From the NCBI GenBank assembly GCA_034717975.1, contig JAYEMF010000015.1, positions 25,786 through 57,035 of the forward strand: a stretch of DNA of 31,250 nt. The letters run 5' to 3'. Origin of the DNA: Campylobacterota bacterium. GTDB taxonomy: Bacteria; Campylobacterota; Campylobacteria; Campylobacterales; Sulfurimonadaceae. The position numbers were made by a program, and so were the translations under genes. The notes under the pieces were generated by a model. That model saw only the letters and a list, made by a program, of their open reading frames with translations, was not told the origin of the DNA and made no database searches. Positions 25,373 to 31,250 of the stretch are shown here, piece by piece. Each line of letters opens with the position of its first letter. Position 1 is the first letter of the stretch.

Positions 25373-27112
25373 ATGATAGACAATGAAGAGATCGATAAAA
25401 AACTGAACAAACGCGAGCGCTATAAAGCACAGCTGAAACCTTATGACTATTATGCTCAGTTTGAAACACTTGATTTTGAAAACCTTGGTGAAGGGGACAG
25501 GTTCTATCTTCAGGATTTCGGTATCTTTAACACTGATTTTTTAGAAGACGAATTTACACTGCGGATCCGTATCCCCGGGGGCAGAGTCACTGCCGAGCAG
25601 TTTCAAAGCATTGCCGACATCGTATCAGAGTACGATCTTACCATTATTTTGACTGCCAGAGCGGGTATTCAGCTGCACGACATTGAAGCGGAAGATATTT
25701 TAGATATCCATAAACGCATCAATGCACTGGACATTACAACCTGGCAAAGTTTTGGTGACAACATTAGGAACATCGTCACCGATGCCTATGACGGGGTTGG
25801 GGAACATGGCGAGATCGAAGTCTACCCTCTCATTATGCAGATGCAAGATTACATCATAGAAAATCCCCGCTATGTCGGAATGCTACCCCGTCGTGTCTCT
25901 ATCGGCATTTCAGGAAACAGAGCAAATGTCACCTCTTTCTTTGCCAACGATATCTATTTTGCCCTGGCCCAAAAAGATGAGACCCTGGGTTTTAATGTCT
26001 ATATGGGCGGTAAAAACACCGAAGTGGCCCAGGATGCCGATATCTTTTTAAGATCCGATGAAGTATTTGATTTTTTCAAAGCCTTTGTCGAAGCTTTTTA
26101 TCTGCATGGCTCCCGCTTTTCCCGCTCAAAGACACGCCTGTTTTATCTCATAGAAGATATCGGCATGGATGGCTTAAAAGCTCACATTTTAAAAGAATAT
26201 GGCAGAGCATTTGAAAGTGCGGGGAAACTGTTGCTTGAAAAAGCCGAGTTTTCATCTTTTGAGGAACTAAAAGATGGAAGTTACGCTTTTTGTTATCAGA
26301 CAGACTACTCACGGTTGGATGCTGAAGAGATTAATCGCATTGCTTCATTCGCCACAGAAAATGGTGCAGAGATCCGCTTTGGAATCGATCAGAATATCTA
26401 CTTGCTGGGTCTAAAAGAGAAAACTGCCCCGTTTGACGTACCTGCACAGAGTGCGACCATTCTGGCCTGTGCAGGCAACCTCTGTCCATATGCCGTCTGG
26501 AGCATTAAAGATGAGACTTCTTATCTTCCTCTTGAGAAGATCAATGAGCACCGCATCCAGGTCGGTTTTTCCGGCTGCGCCAAAGGGTGTGGACGACACC
26601 GGCATACGGACATCGGTCTGATAGGTCTGAAAACCAGTAATTTTGGTGATACGGATGGCGGTGCCAGAGTATTTATAGGGGCTGAACACTCCGATGGCTC
26701 ATCTACGGGGAGAATGCTCTTTTCTATGGTTCCCTTTGTTCACCTCAATGACGTCTTAACACGTATCATTACCATTTTTGAGCAGAGTGGCTATGGCGAT
26801 TTTGAAACCTATTCCCACGATGTTTTAAATAGATTTTCCGAAGAGTTTCTGGCCCTGTGGTATCTTGCAAACCTGCAAACAGGACAAACCCTTCAACTGC
26901 AGCCGGATGAAAACTTGCATGCAGACACAAATGAGAACTTTACGTATGAAAAGGGATTGCTGGAAAAACATTTTGCCGGATCGGACTTTTTAGAGCTTAT
27001 TGTCGATGACAGTTTTCACGACACGGTAAGCATGATGAGCAAAAAACTCTGGACTATCGAAGGAAAAGATCCCCACTATAAACCGCCGATTGAACGCAAT
27101 GCCGTCCGCTAG
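25373..27112 (+). CDS. Nitrite/sulfite reductase family (siroheme-[4Fe-4S]) protein, divergent
   Basis: LRIRIPGG, LTARAGIQL, GDNIRN, ACAGNLC and SGCAKGCG motifs; GGAG RBS. Confidence 0.85.
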   Translation: MIDNEEIDKKLNKRERYKAQLKPYDYYAQFETLDFENLGEGDRFYLQDFGIFNTDFLEDEFTLRIRIPGGRVTAEQFQSIADIVSEYDLTIILTARAGIQLHDIEAEDILDIHKRINALDITTWQSFGDNIRNIVTDAYDGVGEHGEIEVYPLIMQMQDYIIENPRYVGMLPRRVSIGISGNRANVTSFFANDIYFALAQKDETLGFNVYMGGKNTEVAQDADIFLRSDEVFDFFKAFVEAFYLHGSRFSRSKTRLFYLIEDIGMDGLKAHILKEYGRAFESAGKLLLEKAEFSSFEELKDGSYAFCYQTDYSRLDAEEINRIASFATENGAEIRFGIDQNIYLLGLKEKTAPFDVPAQSATILACAGNLCPYAVWSIKDETSYLPLEKINEHRIQVGFSGCAKGCGRHRHTDIGLIGLKTSNFGDTDGGARVFIGAEHSDGSSTGRMLFSMVPFVHLNDVLTRIITIFEQSGYGDFETYSHDVLNRFSEEFLALWYLANLQTGQTLQLQPDENLHADTNENFTYEKGLLEKHFAGSDFLELIVDDSFHDTVSMMSKKLWTIEGKDPHYKPPIERNAVR

Positions 27113-27139
27113 AGAATAAAGTTCCTCCTCTTTTGGGGA

Positions 27140-30100
27140 CTACCCCTTTTGCATATACACTTTCATCTCTTGGGCAGACATCGGTTGAGCATAATAGTAC
27201 CCCTGAATACTTTCACAACCATTATCCAGCAAAAATGCTTTTTGATCAGCCGTCTCCACACCTTCTCCAAGAAGATCAAGGTTAAGACTCTTTGCAAGGG
27301 CAATGATCGCTTTGACAATAGCGACATCTTCTTCATTATCGGGGATATCTCTTACAAACGATTGATCTATCTTTAGCTTATTGATAGGCAGACGTTTGAG
27401 ATACGATAGCGAAGAATACCCTGTTCCAAAATCATCAATGGCTATCCCGATGCCAAGATCATTGATCTGCCTGAGGTTAACAATTGCCTCTTCAGGCTTT
27501 TGCATCACCTGCCCTTCCGTGACTTCCAGCTCCAGCCACTGCGGTTCAAAAGCTATAGCCTCCATACTGTTTTGAACGATATGAAGAAAATCATCACGCT
27601 CTAACTGTTTCATGGCCAGGTTTAGTGAAAGTACACCCGGTTTCAACCCCTCTTTATACCATGCACTGAACTCTTTCATAGCTGCTTTCATCACCCATCG
27701 GTCCAGCTCAACGATCAGGCCTGTCTCTTCTGCCAGAGGAATAAATTTCGCAGGCGAGACCAGTCCCATAGAAGGGTGCTGCCATCGCACCAGAGCTTCC
27801 ACGCCTATGATCTTTTCGGTGGAGGCGTCTACCTGCGGCTGATAGCGGAGAACAAACTCCTCATTTTTGAGAGCCTGACGCAAACTGGCCTCCATTGCAA
27901 CACGTTCAAATGCCCGTTCCGTCATCTCGGCGGAGTAGAACTGAAAATTGTTGCGTCCTTCATCTTTTGCCTTGTACATAGCGGCATCGGCATATTTTAA
28001 AAGATTGTGCGCACTCTCTCCATCTTCAGGATGGAGACTGATACCTATACTGCTTGAGACATAGAGTTCATTATCGTCTATTTGTATAGGCTCTGCCAAG
28101 GTCTCAAGGATCTTTTTGGCCAGCAGCGATGCATCCTGCGCCTTTGCAAGCTCTTCCATAATGACGGTAAACTCATCACCACCCAGACGGGCCAGGGTAT
28201 CCTCTTTGCGTATCTTGGCTTTAAGCCGCTGGGTTACCGTTTTAAGGACCCTGTCACCGATCTCATGTCCTAAAGTGTCATTGATCTGTTTAAAGTGATC
28301 CAGATCAATAAAAAGAAGGGCCAGATTTGTCTTGTTCCGTTTGGCTTTCTCGATGCCTTGTTCTAAACGGTCATTGAAAAGAGCTCGGTTTGGCAGCTCT
28401 GTCAGGGTATCATGATGGGCCTGATGATTTAAAATATTTTTTTGCTCAAGCAGTTTCTCTTCAGCTTTTTTGCGTTCTGTAATATCCTGAGAGTAACCTA
28501 CCATACCGATAGGTGCACCTTTTTCATTATTTAAGAGCGATAGCGACAGGTCTGCAAATATCACCTCCTTGGATTTTTTGACTAAACGTACTTCGGTATG
28601 GTACTCCCCTTTTTGCTTTAATCTATCAATATTTTTTTTGAGTGTTTCATAATCTTCTTCCAAATATATCTTTGTAACATGTTCCCCGATCATCTCATCA
28701 GCTTTATACCCTAAAAGCACCTCCGAACCTGTATTCCAGCTGGTTATCACACCCTCAAGATCAGTCGATATAACAGAGTCATGAATCTGCTCGATCATCT
28801 GTGCCTGTTGGGCATATTTAAACTGCATCTCTTTATCATCGGTTATGTCGGTATGGGTACCGATCATACGAACAGCTTTGCCATCCTCATCATATTGTGT
28901 TTTCCCTCTATCGAGGATCCAGACCCAATGCCCATCTTTATGTTTCAGGCGATGAACGCCTTCATAATACTCTGTTTCACCCTCTACATTTTTCCGGACA
29001 CCGGCCCACGTCTCTTCCTGGTCATCGGGATGAATACGATCATCCCAGCTTGCCACCTCATTAGGGAGTTCATCGTCACTGTAGCCGATCATCTCTTTCC
29101 ATCGGGGAGAAAAATAGACACTGTTGTCAAGGATATTCCAGTCCCATACACCATCATTGCTGCCCAGAAGCGCCAACTCAAGGCGATCCTTTACTGCTTT
29201 GAGTGCATCATCGGCTTTTTTCTTCTCTGAAACATCTCTCCAGACGACATGGATGACATCATGATTATGTAACGTGATCGGGGTGAGTACGACCTCTGCG
29301 AAAAAGTCCTCATCATTGGCTCTGGTATGTACCCATTCAAACTCATGAGCGCCGTTTTCTACGGCAAGGCGCATCATCTCTTCAGCTTTTTCATATGATT
29401 CGCGTCCGTCAGGCTGAAATTCGGGAGAGAGTTTGGAGGGGTGGAGATTCAGCAGTTCATCTTTGGAGCTGTAACCTAACATTTCAACGATCTTTTCATT
29501 ACACTGAACGAACTTGCCATCCTCAATGATCAACACACCATCTGATGATTTTTCAAACAGCGTCTCAAAGGCGGTATGCTCATTTTCCAGCTCTGTTACA
29601 TACACTTTACTCATCTCTTTTTCTATAAAGACCTGCTTAAAGTTCTGGGCAAAGCGACGAGCAGTAAAAAAATAGTAAAAAATCCCTATAACCGTCACGA
29701 AGGCTGTAAGCATATGCATTGTGTCACCCTGCAGGAGCATCCACACGGTACATATGCCAAGCATCGGCAGCATAAATGAGACATAGATAGATAAAATCAC
29801 TCCAAGCGTAAGCAGTCCTGCAGCTGCCAAACCAATGACAACGGCATAGATAAAGAAGTGATACTCAGCAGAGAGGTCATAGAGAAAAAAGAATATAAGT
29901 CCCCATGCAAATCCTGTCAGGAATGCACCGGTTTTGTAAAAGCCAAGCCAGCGATTTATACTGTCTGATTCAGCGATACTCTCTTTGATTTTCATATATT
30001 CAAAAACTGAATAAGCCCGTCCCGCAAGGATGAGTATATGAGTCATAAAGCCCAGTATACTGATGGTTAAAGAGATTTTATCGATTAAAAGAAAGGAGAT

Positions 30101-30208
30101 GATCAGAACCATCACAAAGTGACCGCCGATGCCAAACTTAGAGGTCATATAGATCTGATCGAGTGCTTCTTTCGTCGCTTGTTCTTCTAAAGTCAACTTT
30201 ATTGCCAA
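27140..30208 (-). CDS. Membrane-anchored PAS(x3)-GGDEF-EAL c-di-GMP signalling protein
   Basis: N-terminal TM bundle, three PAS/PAC units, RKED I-site plus GGDEF, EALVRW, DDFGTGYSS and EGVE. Exact TTG start uncertain. Confidence 0.95.
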   Translation of the reverse strand: MAIKLTLEEQATKEALDQIYMTSKFGIGGHFVMVLIISFLLIDKISLTISILGFMTHILILAGRAYSVFEYMKIKESIAESDSINRWLGFYKTGAFLTGFAWGLIFFFLYDLSAEYHFFIYAVVIGLAAAGLLTLGVILSIYVSFMLPMLGICTVWMLLQGDTMHMLTAFVTVIGIFYYFFTARRFAQNFKQVFIEKEMSKVYVTELENEHTAFETLFEKSSDGVLIIEDGKFVQCNEKIVEMLGYSSKDELLNLHPSKLSPEFQPDGRESYEKAEEMMRLAVENGAHEFEWVHTRANDEDFFAEVVLTPITLHNHDVIHVVWRDVSEKKKADDALKAVKDRLELALLGSNDGVWDWNILDNSVYFSPRWKEMIGYSDDELPNEVASWDDRIHPDDQEETWAGVRKNVEGETEYYEGVHRLKHKDGHWVWILDRGKTQYDEDGKAVRMIGTHTDITDDKEMQFKYAQQAQMIEQIHDSVISTDLEGVITSWNTGSEVLLGYKADEMIGEHVTKIYLEEDYETLKKNIDRLKQKGEYHTEVRLVKKSKEVIFADLSLSLLNNEKGAPIGMVGYSQDITERKKAEEKLLEQKNILNHQAHHDTLTELPNRALFNDRLEQGIEKAKRNKTNLALLFIDLDHFKQINDTLGHEIGDRVLKTVTQRLKAKIRKEDTLARLGGDEFTVIMEELAKAQDASLLAKKILETLAEPIQIDDNELYVSSSIGISLHPEDGESAHNLLKYADAAMYKAKDEGRNNFQFYSAEMTERAFERVAMEASLRQALKNEEFVLRYQPQVDASTEKIIGVEALVRWQHPSMGLVSPAKFIPLAEETGLIVELDRWVMKAAMKEFSAWYKEGLKPGVLSLNLAMKQLERDDFLHIVQNSMEAIAFEPQWLELEVTEGQVMQKPEEAIVNLRQINDLGIGIAIDDFGTGYSSLSYLKRLPINKLKIDQSFVRDIPDNEEDVAIVKAIIALAKSLNLDLLGEGVETADQKAFLLDNGCESIQGYYYAQPMSAQEMKVYMQKG

Positions 30209-30353
30209 TCCTTTCTTTAAAGATAAGATTACATCATAAAAAAGATCAATATACTACGATACAAAAATAGCAATTAAAGTAAGATTAGTGCACCTCTTAT
30301 GCTGATCCATAAATTTTTATAGTACACTTCCAAAAACAAAATCAAGGTTACAG

Positions 30354-30662
30354 ATGAGCGAAACAGAAACACTATTGATCACAGTAGAGATCAAACCAAA
30401 TGAGACAGAAGATGGCTGGTTTCTGGAAGTCATCAACTCCATTACCGGCAAGACATTCAACTGCAAGACACTTGAAGAGATGAATGAAAACATTGAAACA
30501 CTCTATAGTCTCTACCCGGAGCATGAGTTACAAGTAATGTGGCTCCCTTCGCATGATGCCAAACCTGAACATGTTGAAGAGGTCCGTACCCTCATCGGTA
30601 CCCTGCAGCAAAAGCTGGACGAGGCTAAAGAAGAAAACGGTCCTTTTAGTCACAATAAGTAG
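30354..30662 (+). CDS. Acidic hypothetical protein
   Basis: AAGG RBS, ATG start, 102 aa, natural composition; no family recognised. Confidence 0.75.
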   Translation: MSETETLLITVEIKPNETEDGWFLEVINSITGKTFNCKTLEEMNENIETLYSLYPEHELQVMWLPSHDAKPEHVEEVRTLIGTLQQKLDEAKEENGPFSHNK

Positions 30663-31206
30663 CTAAAAGTCCTTCACGCAGGCCGTTACAGGCCTCTTCA
30701 CCAGAGAGTTTTTTAACAATCTGGAGTCCAAAACAGATTGCTGTTCCCGGACCGCGGGACGTCATTACATTGCCATCAGTGACAACCTGCTGTTTGTCAC
30801 CCTGGTACCCTTCTAACCGAATCTTCTCTTCAACAGACGGATAGCAGGTGTAGTTTTGCTTCAGTACACCCGCAGCATTCAGCGCAAACGGCGCCGCACA
30901 CATTGCACCAATATTTTTACCCTTGGCGTCCATCGCTTTAAGCAGATTCTGAACATTGTGATCTTCAGCCAGGACATCAGTACCGCCCCATCCGCCTGGA
31001 AGTACGATCATGTCGATATCATCTACACCGATACCTTCTACATGACGATCACATTTAAGGGTAATGCCATTTGCACCCGTTACCTCAAGATCATCTTTGA
31101 CTGCAGCGACCAGAACTTCAATCTCTGCACGGCGCATCACATCGATCAATGCGACCGCCTCAAGCTCCTCAAAACCTTCTGCTATTGGGACTAATACTGT
31201 TGCCAT
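30646..31206 (-). CDS. DJ-1/PfpI (ThiJ/YajL-like) family glyoxalase/deglycase
   Basis: GFEELEA, LPGG, AMCAAP catalytic Cys and TSRGPGTA motifs; AAAGGA RBS. Confidence 0.95.
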   Translation of the reverse strand: MATVLVPIAEGFEELEAVALIDVMRRAEIEVLVAAVKDDLEVTGANGITLKCDRHVEGIGVDDIDMIVLPGGWGGTDVLAEDHNVQNLLKAMDAKGKNIGAMCAAPFALNAAGVLKQNYTCYPSVEEKIRLEGYQGDKQQVVTDGNVMTSRGPGTAICFGLQIVKKLSGEEACNGLREGLLATYCD

Positions 31207-31250
31207 GAAAATCCTTTGTTATTTGGAATAAAATTGAAATATTCAATAAT

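Noticed and set aside
1..31250. tRNA, rRNA, prophage or integrase genes
   Set aside because: None recognised by eye; the intergenic spaces are short and explained by promoters or repeats. A tRNAscan/Infernal run would be needed to exclude small RNAs.

Overview
Chromosomal segment of a Campylobacterota bacterium (Sulfurimonas/Sulfuricurvum-like, judged from gene order and protein families). The backbone is conserved housekeeping synteny: (ruvA 5' end)-fapA <- -> murJ-cysS, pyrD-M16 peptidase-dapA-enoyl-ACP reductase-pgsA-rseP-yggS-cytochrome c, galU, flgS-M18 aminopeptidase-ankyrin protein-dnaE, then a DUF234 protein, a divergent nitrite/sulfite-reductase-family protein, a PAS-GGDEF-EAL protein and a DJ-1 protein. 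Accessory DNA comprises (1) an AT-rich BrnT/BrnA-like toxin-antitoxin pair with the ends of an orphan integron cassette and (2) a small islet of membrane-protein genes (Pycsar-effector-like, DUF4239-like, PsiE-like) interleaved with palindromic elements. The most striking signal is recurrent. At three translationally coupled operon junctions (fapA/ruvA, enoyl-ACP reductase/pgsA, pgsA/rseP), hairpin-rich DNA is inserted at the start of the downstream gene and the start is duplicated. Each insert is an uninterrupted short 'bridging' ORF running from the upstream stop codon to the downstream start codon, so translational coupling would be preserved. At fapA/ruvA the unit is amplified as a perfect 86-bp tandem array. 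All family calls come from recognising motifs in the translations; no database searches were run.
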